Assembly: GCA_963805085.1 (NCBI GenBank)
Contig: CAWDTA010000004.1
Span: 288,001 to 352,000, forward strand
Source of the DNA: an uncultured Veillonellaceae bacterium
GTDB taxonomy: Bacteria > Bacillota > Negativicutes > JARBTT01
Direction of reading: 5' to 3'
Length of the DNA: 64,000 nt
Of this stretch, positions 41,541 to 50,774 are shown piece after piece. The notes beneath the pieces are model-generated. The model was not told the DNA's origin, ran no database searches, and saw nothing but the letters and a program-made list of their open reading frames with translations. How positions within the stretch are numbered: the stretch's first letter is position 1; each line of letters starts with the position of its first letter. The translations under genes were made by a program, and so were the position numbers.

Positions 41541-41710
41541 AGACAAGGTGACGGTTCTTTCTGTCTTGTTTTTTTATACCGCACTTACCTCGTAGCACCT
41601 TTTCCGAAGACAGTACCTCCACCACTTCGCCCTCCTCAACCTGCCATCGCTTTTTGATATTAAATTTACATATTCTCATAAAAGCTCAAAACTCCTGCCA
41701 AATTCATACA
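41541..41710. repeat. 170-bp direct repeat, copy 2
   Basis: Matches 34895-35064. Confidence 0.93.
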
Positions 41711-41781
41711 TTTTCCCAAAAAGTCATGTGTTTATATGGAACGTTTCAAAATACTGATTTACGACATTTTGGAACTATAAA

Positions 41782-41821
41782 ATTATAAGTATTAAAATGT
41801 ATACATTTTAGTACTTATAAT
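41782..41821. repeat. 40-bp loopless palindrome
   Basis: ATTATAAGTATTAAAATGTA|TACATTTTAGTACTTATAAT with one mismatch. Confidence 0.75.
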
Positions 41822-41890
41822 ATAAATATTTAGCCCTCTGATTTAGAGGGCTTGAGTAATTTCACTATTTCAAATCTACTTTACTTTTTA

Positions 41891-42178
41891 TTAGGACACC
41901 TCTTCATTTGAAAAAGAAAAGACTTTTTTTGTTTCATTTTTTCCAGTGAATTCATTTTGTGCTATATCAGTTGCTTTTCTAATCTCAGCAATCTGTTTAT
42001 CAGTGTATTCATAACTTGATTTATTCGACAATTTACCAATCAAATTAATCTGGTTTAAAACCGCTGAAACTCTGCGTACTGAAATTCTTACAAAATCTCC
42101 TGCCTTATCTTTTACTTTTGGCGTTGCTGTCTCGTCGCCAAGGATCTCTCCATTATTTAAATTTGTTTCATCACTCAT
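41891..42178 (-). CDS. Small hypothetical protein of a family common in phages and mobile elements
   Basis: FVRISVRRVSAVLNQINLIGKLSNKSSYEYTDKQI pattern; RBS AGGAG; own terminator at 41832-41852. Confidence 0.65.
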   Translation of the reverse strand: MSDETNLNNGEILGDETATPKVKDKAGDFVRISVRRVSAVLNQINLIGKLSNKSSYEYTDKQIAEIRKATDIAQNEFTGKNETKKVFSFSNEEVS

Positions 42179-42348
42179 AATTAAAAACTCCTTATCTTAT
42201 TATACATTTTAAAATTCTTTTATTTACTACCTAGAATGGTATTTGTGTCTACTAAGTTACCTTTAATACCTCAATAGCACTCTTATTACTTGGCTTCATA
42301 CAAATTGCAGGTATGAAAAACATATAATACGTATGTTTATATATTTAT

Positions 42349-42687
42349 TCATCTAGTTTGAATACCTCGAATTCTACTACCATCGTTTTTATTTATTTCA
42401 TAAGAGATCCCATTCCAATTTCCAACAACAATTTCATCAGACAAATCATCAAAATTTGTATATGGACTATCCTCATAGATTAAATCAGGTTCTTGAATTC
42501 TCCAGCGAATATCCTTATCTTTGATGTTTACCGCATAGACGTTCTGGTTATTTATTTCCCCTTTAGGAACAGTAATTAAAACCAAAACCAATTCTTCATA
42601 TAATTTAATACTTTTAATAGAATGTGAGAAATTGATAGAGTCCCCAGCTATAAATAACTGGTTATTAACATAATGTATATCCATCAT
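42349..42687 (-). CDS. Small hypothetical protein, possible polymorphic-toxin immunity protein
   Basis: QNVYAVN..DKDIRWRIQ...SPYT...VGNWNGISYEIN..DG beta-rich pattern; family recalled, not verified. Confidence 0.55.
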   Translation of the reverse strand: MMDIHYVNNQLFIAGDSINFSHSIKSIKLYEELVLVLITVPKGEINNQNVYAVNIKDKDIRWRIQEPDLIYEDSPYTNFDDLSDEIVVGNWNGISYEINKNDGSRIRGIQTR

Positions 42688-42782
42688 TTGTCACCTAACT
42701 TCCTTGTATTTTGCAAGCGGCAGGATCATCGAGGCGTTCTAATAATTCATATCCGGTTAGCAAAAAAGGCTAACATTTCTGC

Positions 42783-44395
42783 CAATGTCATTAAGTTAAA
42801 ACATAGAAGATCAATCCCCAAAAGAATCGAGTACAAAAAAGCGTACCCGGTTCTTTTTTTGTAGAAAAAGGTTGACAAACAGACGAAAATATGTGATGAA
42901 GCTCCTTGAATGAATACATTTTGGGAGGTTTCGCTTATGAATTTCTCTGAAAGCGTGAAACAAGTATTGTTGGGAAAAATACAGGAGATGGCAACTTGTC
43001 CTGGATTGTTTGTACGCAATCCAGACAGTGATTTTACAAGAAAGCGAAAGCTTGATTTTGAAACAACAATTCGGTGTCTGATTGCCATGGAAAGCGGTAG
43101 CCTGAAGAAAGAACTGCTGGAGCTTTTCCATTACAATCTTGACACCGCGACGGCATCGGCTTTTAATCAGCAACGTGAAAAGATACTCCCGGAAGCATTG
43201 GAATTTCTCTTCCGAGAATTCAGCAAAGCCTTTGCACAATATCAAACATACCGTGGGTATCGATTACTTGCCTGTGATGGCACTGCCTTGAACATAGCTC
43301 AAAATCCAAGTGATCAGGAAACTTATTTTCAGTCAATTCCCGGAGATAAAGGGTTTAATCAACTCCATCTAAATTCCCCCCTATACGATTTATGTAGCAG
43401 ACGGTATGTGGATGCTGTAATCCAACCTGGAAGAAAAAAGAATGAGTGCCGCGCCATGACAGACATGATCGACCAGTGCGTTTCCGGACACAAGACAATA
43501 TTTATTGCAGATCGCGGCTATGAAGCTTACAACACCTTTGCTCACGCAGAACAACGAGATATGTATTATCTTATACGTGTAAGGGAATCTGGACATAGTA
43601 TGGTAACTAGCTTTGGTTTGCCGCTAACGGACTCATTCGATACACATGTGCATCTTACACTGACCCATAAACAGTCAGCTCTGGCAAGAGCATGTCCCGG
43701 TTATAAATTTCTTCCATCAAACAGTACATTCGATTATTTGGATCAAAGTGATTTCTATCCTATCACTTTACGCATTGTACGTTTTCTAGTCACGGAAGAT
43801 ACCTATGAATGCGTTATTACCAATCTGCCCAAAGATACGTTTCCACCGGATGAACTCAAGAAACTCTACGCAATGCGTTGGGGAATCGAAACGTCCTTCC
43901 GGGAATTGAAATATGCAATTGGTCTCAGTTGTTTCCATGCCAAAAAGGTGGAGTATATCAAGCAGGAAATCTTTGCCCGTCTGCTTCTTTATAATTTCTG
44001 TGAGATCATCACGACCCATGTGGTGATCCAGCAAAAAGATACGAAGCACATATACCAAGTGAACTATACTCTGGCAATCCACTTATGTCGGCATTTTCTG
44101 CGATTTCCTACGGATATATCTCCACCCGATGTTGAGATGCTGATACAGAAAAATCTTCTTCCTGTCAGACCCGGACGCAGTGACCCTCGCAAAGTCAAGC
44201 CCAAGGCAGCAGTGAGTTTTCTATATCGTGTAGCATAATCTCCTATTTACTATATCCCTTTTATTGGCAGATAGCAATCTGCCTTTTTGTGGCGCTCAAA
44301 AATAGACAAAAAAGACAGGGAGACCATTATTTCTCAATCTCGCTGTCTTTTCCGTTGTTTCTTTGTCGTTTTGTTTTCTTAACTTAATGACATTG
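42783..44395 (+). mobile_element. IS4-family insertion sequence B (1613 bp)
   Basis: IRs CAATGTCATTAAGTTAA / CTTAACTTAATGACATTG. Confidence 0.92.
42937..44238 (+). CDS. IS4-family DDE transposase (distinct from IS A)
   Basis: DFTRKRKLDF, LLACDGT, IADRGY, YAMRWGIETSFRELK; RBS GGAGG before ATG 42937. Confidence 0.95.
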   Translation: MNFSESVKQVLLGKIQEMATCPGLFVRNPDSDFTRKRKLDFETTIRCLIAMESGSLKKELLELFHYNLDTATASAFNQQREKILPEALEFLFREFSKAFAQYQTYRGYRLLACDGTALNIAQNPSDQETYFQSIPGDKGFNQLHLNSPLYDLCSRRYVDAVIQPGRKKNECRAMTDMIDQCVSGHKTIFIADRGYEAYNTFAHAEQRDMYYLIRVRESGHSMVTSFGLPLTDSFDTHVHLTLTHKQSALARACPGYKFLPSNSTFDYLDQSDFYPITLRIVRFLVTEDTYECVITNLPKDTFPPDELKKLYAMRWGIETSFRELKYAIGLSCFHAKKVEYIKQEIFARLLLYNFCEIITTHVVIQQKDTKHIYQVNYTLAIHLCRHFLRFPTDISPPDVEMLIQKNLLPVRPGRSDPRKVKPKAAVSFLYRVA

Positions 44396-44461
44396 TCTTT
44401 AAGGAGAGCATATCAATGGTAGCTTTTCGGACTTATTCTAATCTTTTTCTTTCTTTATCTA

Positions 44462-46423
44462 CTAACCCTTGAACTTACTAACCGCTTCTTGTAAATTCTG
44501 TGCCATTTGTGCTAGACTTTGACTCGAAGATGCGATTTCTTCCATAGAAGCAGCCTGTTCTTCTGTTGCTGCCGAAACATTTTGCACCTCACCACTTGTA
44601 TTCTTCGTTAGTTCATCAATCTGCTGCACTGAGACAACAATTTGCTGACTATCATTCGCCAGATGTTGAATAACAGCTGATGTATCCCCAACTTGACCAG
44701 CCAAGTTTGTTACCATCTCAATAATTTTTTTAAAGCTTTCACCAGCTTCATTTACAACACCTGTACCAACCTTCACTTCTTTTGTACCTTCTTGCATAGC
44801 CACTACAGCCTTATCTGTTTCACCTTGAATTTCCGCAATCAGGTTGGCAATTTGTTTTGCCGCTTCCTGCGATTGCTCCGCTAATTTGCGAACTTCCTCG
44901 GCAACAACAGCAAAGCCTCGTCCTTGTTCACCTGCCCTGGCCGCCTCGATCGCAGCGTTAAGAGCTAGAAGATTCGTTTGCCCTGCAATTCCAGAAATAG
45001 TATCGACGATCTGCCCTATTTCTTTTGAGCGTTCACCAAGCTGCGCAACTACCGTGGCTGAAGTACTAACTGTATGCTCAATATCTAGCATCTGCTGAAC
45101 AGCAGATTGTACTGCCCTACCGCCTTCCTTAGCTGTATCAACAGCTTTCATAGACTGCTCCGACACTGCATTCGCATTATCCGCTGCTTGATAAATATTT
45201 TGTGACATCTGTTCTATTACTTTGGTTACGTCATTCACTACTCGATATTGCTTATCAGTTCCTTCTGCTACTTCAGTTATCGATGAAGCTACTTGATTCG
45301 CAGCGATTGCAGATTGTTCAGCGCTCGACGTTAGTTGTTCTGACGATGCTGCTAATTGATGGGAATTTTCTTGTACTTGTCCGACTAGCTTTTTTAAATT
45401 AACTACCATTGTAGCAAAGGCAGCCGCTAACATTCCAATTTCATCTTTTGAAGTTATCTCTATTTTTTGATTAAGATCCCCCTGTGCAATTTTACTTGCT
45501 AACTGCTGCATTTTTAAGATTGGTTCTGAAAAACCTTTCGCAATATAAAAAGCTAGAATTCCTACTAAAATTAAAACGACTAATGTTACCAAACTAACCA
45601 TGAGTAATAAAGCGTGCGTTTTTTCTGTTATCACACTATAAGGTGTCTCTAAACAAATCAACCACCCTGTTTTATCATCATAAACATATGTAATGATTTT
45701 CTTTCCACTATTTTTATCCTCAACAATGGCAAAGCCACTCTTTTTACTGGATAAACCTTCTTTTACAAAGCTTACTTCATTCATATCAGCACGATCTTTT
45801 ACAAGATTTTGCTCTGGATGCGCTAGTATTTTCCCTTCACTATCAATAACATAGGCCAGTCTACCGTCATTGGACAACTTTTCTACAAACTCACTAATTT
45901 TTGTAAGTGTAAGCGAGCCCTGCATTACCCCAATAACATTGGTTCCATTTAAATCACGTACAGGTGTCATCAGATTTACCACGGCACGATTTGAGTTCTT
46001 ACTAAACACAACGCCTGATATTGCCTCATCCTGCCCCTTAAGTGCAGCTTGATAAAAGGGCCTTTCCCAAATATTTGCCAATGAGATATTGTCTCCGCGT
46101 ACAACCTGATTGCCTTTTGCATCATCAAGTGAAAAAGAACTTTCCGGATAAACCTTCTGCATTTGCAGTAGATAGGTCTTTACCTTAGGTAAATCATATT
46201 CTTTTACCGTCGGATTAGCAGCAATCGTTTTAAGTGCCATGAAAGATTTATCAATATAACCATCCATCTGCATATCAACTTCCATAGCAAGTTCCTTACA
46301 TTGATTGATTGCTTCTTTTTCTAGTTCCGTACTTAAATACCTTACTGAAATCACCGACAATATGATGAGTGGAATAAAACTTATGGATATCATAATCAAT
46401 AATAATTTCTTTTTTACGCTCAT
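44462..46423 (-). CDS. Methyl-accepting chemotaxis protein (dCache, HAMP, MCP signalling domain)
   Basis: Two TMs; Cache-type [13 protein letters not shown]; [37 protein letters not shown]. Confidence 0.95.
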   Translation of the reverse strand: MSVKKKLLLIMISISFIPLIILSVISVRYLSTELEKEAINQCKELAMEVDMQMDGYIDKSFMALKTIAANPTVKEYDLPKVKTYLLQMQKVYPESSFSLDDAKGNQVVRGDNISLANIWERPFYQAALKGQDEAISGVVFSKNSNRAVVNLMTPVRDLNGTNVIGVMQGSLTLTKISEFVEKLSNDGRLAYVIDSEGKILAHPEQNLVKDRADMNEVSFVKEGLSSKKSGFAIVEDKNSGKKIITYVYDDKTGWLICLETPYSVITEKTHALLLMVSLVTLVVLILVGILAFYIAKGFSEPILKMQQLASKIAQGDLNQKIEITSKDEIGMLAAAFATMVVNLKKLVGQVQENSHQLAASSEQLTSSAEQSAIAANQVASSITEVAEGTDKQYRVVNDVTKVIEQMSQNIYQAADNANAVSEQSMKAVDTAKEGGRAVQSAVQQMLDIEHTVSTSATVVAQLGERSKEIGQIVDTISGIAGQTNLLALNAAIEAARAGEQGRGFAVVAEEVRKLAEQSQEAAKQIANLIAEIQGETDKAVVAMQEGTKEVKVGTGVVNEAGESFKKIIEMVTNLAGQVGDTSAVIQHLANDSQQIVVSVQQIDELTKNTSGEVQNVSAATEEQAASMEEIASSSQSLAQMAQNLQEAVSKFKG

Positions 46424-46610
46424 TTCGATAGCTCCCCCTATTAATTTCAATAGTAAATACTGCTATATATAACACACTAAACTTTCTATCAATCTTTAGT
46501 GCTTTCTATATAGTACAAGCAACAAATTTTACTGCTATAAATTTTCATCTTTCATATCAACAGTAATAAACTCTAAATTCACCATTTTTTCGTACCGTTG
46601 GATATATTTA

Positions 46611-46626
46611 TGCAATTTTTATGCCA
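46611..46626 (-). promoter_or_regulatory. Sigma-54 (-24/-12) promoter of the MCP gene
   Basis: Minus strand TGGCATAAAAATTGCA matches TGGCAY-N5-TTGCW. Confidence 0.75.
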
Positions 46627-46866
46627 ATTCATTCCACCTTGATAACACTGGGTTTGTGATTTTACACTAGAAATGATCGTTTCATAATGCAATATATTCA
46701 ATGCATTATGCATCATTTATTTTTGAGTTGCAAATATTCTTCATAATTATTATTTATTTTTTTTAATGCTTACATACAGTATTTAAAAGTGCTAAATTGA
46801 ATGATACTACCTTTATTTCCATAAAAATAGCCCTTGTCCATTTTGCTTTTGGATAAGGGCTATCTT

Positions 46867-47286
46867 CTATTTCAATGTAGGTAAACTTCCCGTTAAGTGA
46901 TTGATTTCTTTTTTGTTGCCATAAAGGCAAATTCCAAGGTAGTTAAGACTATTCGCGAAAGCACCTGCCATTTTCGTTGTATAATCTTCATACGAGTTAC
47001 AACGCTGCGCCAAATCACTAAAACCTACTAACATCATACTTTCTTCATATTCTGCATTAGCTGTTTGATAAATTTCTTTAATTTGATCTTTACTAGCGGC
47101 TAAAATAGGAAGAGGCGTATTGATAATACCAAGGTGCTGATGCTGGTCTTGATCGACTACATCCTCACCGACAATTTCCTGTATCTGTTTTCCAAGCGTA
47201 CAACCTAATATTGCCGCTGTATTGGCAATCAATCCTATCGGTAGATTTTGATCAATCACTGCTACACATTTTTTCGAAGAGTCCAT
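46867..47286 (-). CDS. DUF2000-family protein
   Basis: KCVAVIDQNLPIGLIANTAAILG...YLGICLYGNKKEINHLTGSLPTL. Confidence 0.85.
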   Translation of the reverse strand: MDSSKKCVAVIDQNLPIGLIANTAAILGCTLGKQIQEIVGEDVVDQDQHQHLGIINTPLPILAASKDQIKEIYQTANAEYEESMMLVGFSDLAQRCNSYEDYTTKMAGAFANSLNYLGICLYGNKKEINHLTGSLPTLK

Positions 47287-47365
47287 GTAAAATACCTTCC
47301 TTCTATTGGTGTTTCATCTAGTATAGCAATTATATTAGAAGGTATATTGTAAAAAATTGCTCTAT

Positions 47366-48163
47366 TTAATGTAACTTCTGATAAAGGTAAGGGGTTACTC
47401 CACAATACTCTTTAAACGATTTAGAAAAATGACTTTGATCATAAAAACCTGCTTCATGAGCTACGTATGCAATATCATTTCCTTTTTTTAACATCATTTT
47501 AGCATGATTTAGCCGCAATTGCATTAAATAGGCGTGCGGCGTCATCGCATAATTTTTATGAAACAAGCGAATCAGATGATATTTGGTAACGCCTAATAGA
47601 GCTGTCATTTCATCTAATGTTATAGCTTCAAGGTAATGTCTCTCTATATAATTGCGTAAAAAGCAAACAGCAGTATTATGATTGTTGTTGATTGTTGGAT
47701 AAAGGGCGCTATTCTTAAACGAAAGAATTTCTGCTAGGGTAGTAATCAGCTCAGTTTCTTTTTCTAGTTGTGATGCCTTGGATTCGAGGAAAGAAAAAAA
47801 TGCTTTTATTTTATTGCAATTGGTCGCATGCAACTTTTTTATCGCTACTGAGATTACGGCATCTTGGTTAAATACAGATTGCAGCCAATTGTTATCAACA
47901 TAAAGCATTTTAAATTTCCACGATTTGATATCTTGAGGCGCACATTGATGCATAATCTTCGGTGGAAAAATAACCAAATGATTATGACCAACGGCAAAAT
48001 TAGTCCCCTGGCAACTTACCAGGCTCGTACCGCTTTCAACGATTCCAATAGACAGTTCACTATGACAATGGCATTTAGACGCAGGAATATTATATTGTCC
48101 CGTTTTAATTTCATAATAAGGAACTTGTTCATCCCGATAAAAATGTAATTTCTTCATCTTCAT
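47366..48163 (-). CDS. AraC-family regulator with cupin sensor
   Basis: HCHSELSIG cupin; YHLIRLF, AGFYDQSHFSKSFK..GVTP. Confidence 0.92.
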   Translation of the reverse strand: MKMKKLHFYRDEQVPYYEIKTGQYNIPASKCHCHSELSIGIVESGTSLVSCQGTNFAVGHNHLVIFPPKIMHQCAPQDIKSWKFKMLYVDNNWLQSVFNQDAVISVAIKKLHATNCNKIKAFFSFLESKASQLEKETELITTLAEILSFKNSALYPTINNNHNTAVCFLRNYIERHYLEAITLDEMTALLGVTKYHLIRLFHKNYAMTPHAYLMQLRLNHAKMMLKKGNDIAYVAHEAGFYDQSHFSKSFKEYCGVTPYLYQKLH

Positions 48164-48273
48164 TCTCCTAAATACCATTGTAATTAAAAACATTATACCG
48201 AATTACAGCTATAAAAAACAACTGATAAAACCATAGTATTCTGCATAAACTTCCTAGTAGTAACTATATTTTT

Positions 48274-49209
48274 CTAGATAGTTTTGAGCATATCAATATG
48301 CTCAATTCCAGCCTCTAGATATATTTCGCCTTTTGCTTCAAACCCAAGCCGTTCATAAAAATTTCTTGCATGTACTTGCGCTGATAATTTCATTGACTGG
48401 TAGCCTATTTTTCTAGCCTCAGCTTCAATTGCTTTCATAATCATTTTACCCGAACCATTGCCACGCTCTTTAGCCAATACAGCTACGCGTTCAATTTTTA
48501 GCACTCCATCACTATACGGACGAAAACGAGCGGTTCCCACTGCATTTTGCTCTTGGTCTACTAGAAGCACATGCTTGGTAGATTCTTGCTTATCATATGT
48601 ATCAAGCTCCAATTCTTCTGGCACATTTTGTTCTTTAACAAAAACTGCACGCCTGATCCCATACGCTTTTTCCTGATCTTTAGGATCAGTTATAATCATA
48701 ATTTTAAAACTACTTTCTTTTTCAATATGCAATTTATAAAATATTGTATCAACTTTCATTACAGGAAAAGTCACTGGTAGATTTTCTTTCGGTAGTTGAA
48801 TGAATTGATTCTTTTCATAGAAGCGATGTGCAGCCAAAAATTTCTCAGTAGTTCCGAGATAAATCTCTTGCATACTGTGTTTTTCTGCCCATTCAATTGT
48901 TTCTTTCAGCAATAACTTTGCTGCATTATATATTTTTCCTCTATAAGAGGATTTTACAAACATTTTTCGCAAAGCCCCTTGTTCATTACCAATGTCAATC
49001 AGTGCAATCGTCCCTACAACACACTCTTGGCTCATAGCTACCCAAAAGTTACTGCTACCGGATTGATAAAAATTTTCTATATCATTTAAATCTGGCTGCT
49101 CTTCTTTTTTTATAGGAATCTGAAATTCATTTTGTTGTATATCAAGAATTAAATTAATAATTTGCTCTTTATATGCTTCAGTATATTCTTTTATGATGAT
49201 TTCTTCCAT
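48274..49209 (-). CDS. Tandem GNAT acetyltransferase fusion
   Basis: Domain 1 LRKMFV...LGTTEKFLAAHRFYEKN; domain 2 ElaA/YjcF-like IRRAVFVKEQNVP...LSAQVHARNFYERLGF...EAGIEHIDM. Confidence 0.88.
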   Translation of the reverse strand: MEEIIIKEYTEAYKEQIINLILDIQQNEFQIPIKKEEQPDLNDIENFYQSGSSNFWVAMSQECVVGTIALIDIGNEQGALRKMFVKSSYRGKIYNAAKLLLKETIEWAEKHSMQEIYLGTTEKFLAAHRFYEKNQFIQLPKENLPVTFPVMKVDTIFYKLHIEKESSFKIMIITDPKDQEKAYGIRRAVFVKEQNVPEELELDTYDKQESTKHVLLVDQEQNAVGTARFRPYSDGVLKIERVAVLAKERGNGSGKMIMKAIEAEARKIGYQSMKLSAQVHARNFYERLGFEAKGEIYLEAGIEHIDMLKTI

Positions 49210-49252
49210 TCGTGATAGCCCCCTCTTATAAGTGAACTTGTTATAAAATTCT

Positions 49253-49717
49253 TTACTTTTCTTCGTCTTTCAATGACTTTGTTGTTTTCCAATCCTGTTC
49301 AATATTTTGACCCATTCGTTTTATCAAATGCTCCGCTATTTTTTTTTCTTCATCACTGAAATCAGAGAAACAGCTGGCAATCCTTCGATTTTCTTCTTGA
49401 ATAATGTAATCATAAATTTTTTCAGCCTTTACTAAAGGAAAGAGATGCCACATCCTTTTATCTTCGAGATCACGTCTTCTTAGTACATAATCTTCTACTA
49501 TTAACTTTTGTACTGCCTTGGTCGTTGTTGCCTTATCTACTTTTAGAATATTGGAAAGCTCGATAAAATTAATTCCTGGACACTCGCAAATACGAGTTAG
49601 AAAGATGAATTGTCCTCTTTGTAAATTAAATTCACGAAATTTTATATCGCTAATGGATTGAACACAACGTGCCAAAGTGCCAACGTCCCTTAGAATTTCA
49701 TTTTTAAGTCTCCTAAT
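49253..49717 (-). CDS. MarR-family regulator (start probably ATT at 49717; TTG at 49675 is the alternative)
   Basis: LQRGQFIFLTRICE.PGI...LKVDKATTTKAVQKL...D.EDKR; the frame is open upstream and GGAGG lies 7 nt before ATT. Confidence 0.85.
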   Translation of the reverse strand: MRRLKNEILRDVGTLARCVQSISDIKFREFNLQRGQFIFLTRICECPGINFIELSNILKVDKATTTKAVQKLIVEDYVLRRRDLEDKRMWHLFPLVKAEKIYDYIIQEENRRIASCFSDFSDEEKKIAEHLIKRMGQNIEQDWKTTKSLKDEEK

Positions 49718-49773
49718 AAAAATTCCTCCATATTCAAACTAGTTTAAAGTTCAACTAACTATACCATATGTAA

Positions 49774-49797
49774 TTTAAGTTGAAATGTCAACTTAAA
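49774..49797. promoter_or_regulatory. Probable MarR operator
   Basis: TTTAAGTTGA-AATG-TCAACTTAAA perfect 10-bp arms; a degenerate copy lies near 49740-49757. Confidence 0.65.
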
Positions 49798-50108
49798 TGT
49801 CGTAAATATTTTTTGATCCTTCTACCTAACAGGCACTGCTTATAAGTTTTCAGATACCCACCTTTAATAATTGCAAATTATGTTTAATTATGTTAAATTT
49901 CTTGACTTTCATATTGAAATATCTATAATAATTAGTATAGTAGTTAAATAAAAGTAAGTAATATGTAATCATCCCATATTACTTTTTCTTCAAGTGACGG
50001 TAAATAATGTTTTCGAAAGATGGTTAAATAATAAAATTATCAATATTGATTCTGGCTGATTAACGATCAATTATATACATATAAATTATCTATAGGGAGG
50101 ATTTTATT

Positions 50109-50774
50109 ATGATAATTCAAGCAACCAATGGAGAAAATACGAAGTTTCAAACACCCTCAGCTACACAAGCTCAGGCAAAACAAACTACAACGGCTAGCGT
50201 AACCACCGATACTGCGACACAAGACTTATCAGCACAAAAAGATATTGTAGAATTAAGTGCAGATGGTTTACAAAAATCCAAAGAAGCAGGAACTTCCACT
50301 GTAAAAACACTATCTTCTTCAGAAGATACGTCGACTACAAGTGCGTTAGTTATAACCTCTTCTGAAGGAGACACCGCAGAGTTAAGCGTATCAGGCATGC
50401 ACGCCTCGCAAAGTTCTCAAAAGGCCTCTATATCAACAACAAATTTATCTAGTTCCACATCCTCCACTTCCTCATCAGACGGAGATGATTCAACTGTCGA
50501 TACAAACAATCTTTCACAGTACAATAAATCTCAATTGAAAGATATGGTATCCGATGGAACGATTACTAAAGCCGAATATAACCACGAAATCAGCAAGCGT
50601 GAATCAAGTAGTGATACAAGCAATCTTTCACAGGATACTGAATCCCAATTGAAAGATACGGCATCTAATGGAACAGCTACAAAATCCGAATATACCCGCG
50701 AAATCAGCAAGCGTGAATCAAGTACTGATACAAACAGTTCCATAGGAAACGCTGTAGCAACTCTTCTTAACTAA
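50109..50774 (+). CDS. Ser/Thr-rich hypothetical protein with internal repeats
   Basis: RBS GGGAGG; low complexity; 38-aa tandem duplication; terminator at 50822-50886. Confidence 0.75.
   Translation: MIIQATNGENTKFQTPSATQAQAKQTTTASVTTDTATQDLSAQKDIVELSADGLQKSKEAGTSTVKTLSSSEDTSTTSALVITSSEGDTAELSVSGMHASQSSQKASISTTNLSSSTSSTSSSDGDDSTVDTNNLSQYNKSQLKDMVSDGTITKAEYNHEISKRESSSDTSNLSQDTESQLKDTASNGTATKSEYTREISKRESSTDTNSSIGNAVATLLN
50499..50735 (+). repeat. 114-bp tandem duplication within the CDS
   Basis: Units start GATACAA at 50499, 50613 and 50727 (partial). Confidence 0.85.

Larger units (their letters stand above)
32839..44395 (+). mobile_element. Composite transposon bounded by two different IS4-family elements
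   Basis: 10-bp direct repeat TCTTTAAGGA at 32829-32838 and 44396-44405, abutting the outer IRs; the inner IS ends have no matching duplication. Confidence 0.85.

Noticed and set aside
42747-43245. Minus-strand ORFs of 113 and 144 aa
   Set aside because: They lie antisense within IS B; only the last ~11 codons outside the IS might belong to a truncated gene.
50020-50075. SigD promoter for the Ser/Thr-rich gene
   Set aside because: No TAAA-N15-GCCGATAT match with correct spacing was found.
50499-50735. Repeats as a possible CRISPR array
   Set aside because: They are 114-bp in-frame coding duplications with no unique spacers, and there are no cas genes.
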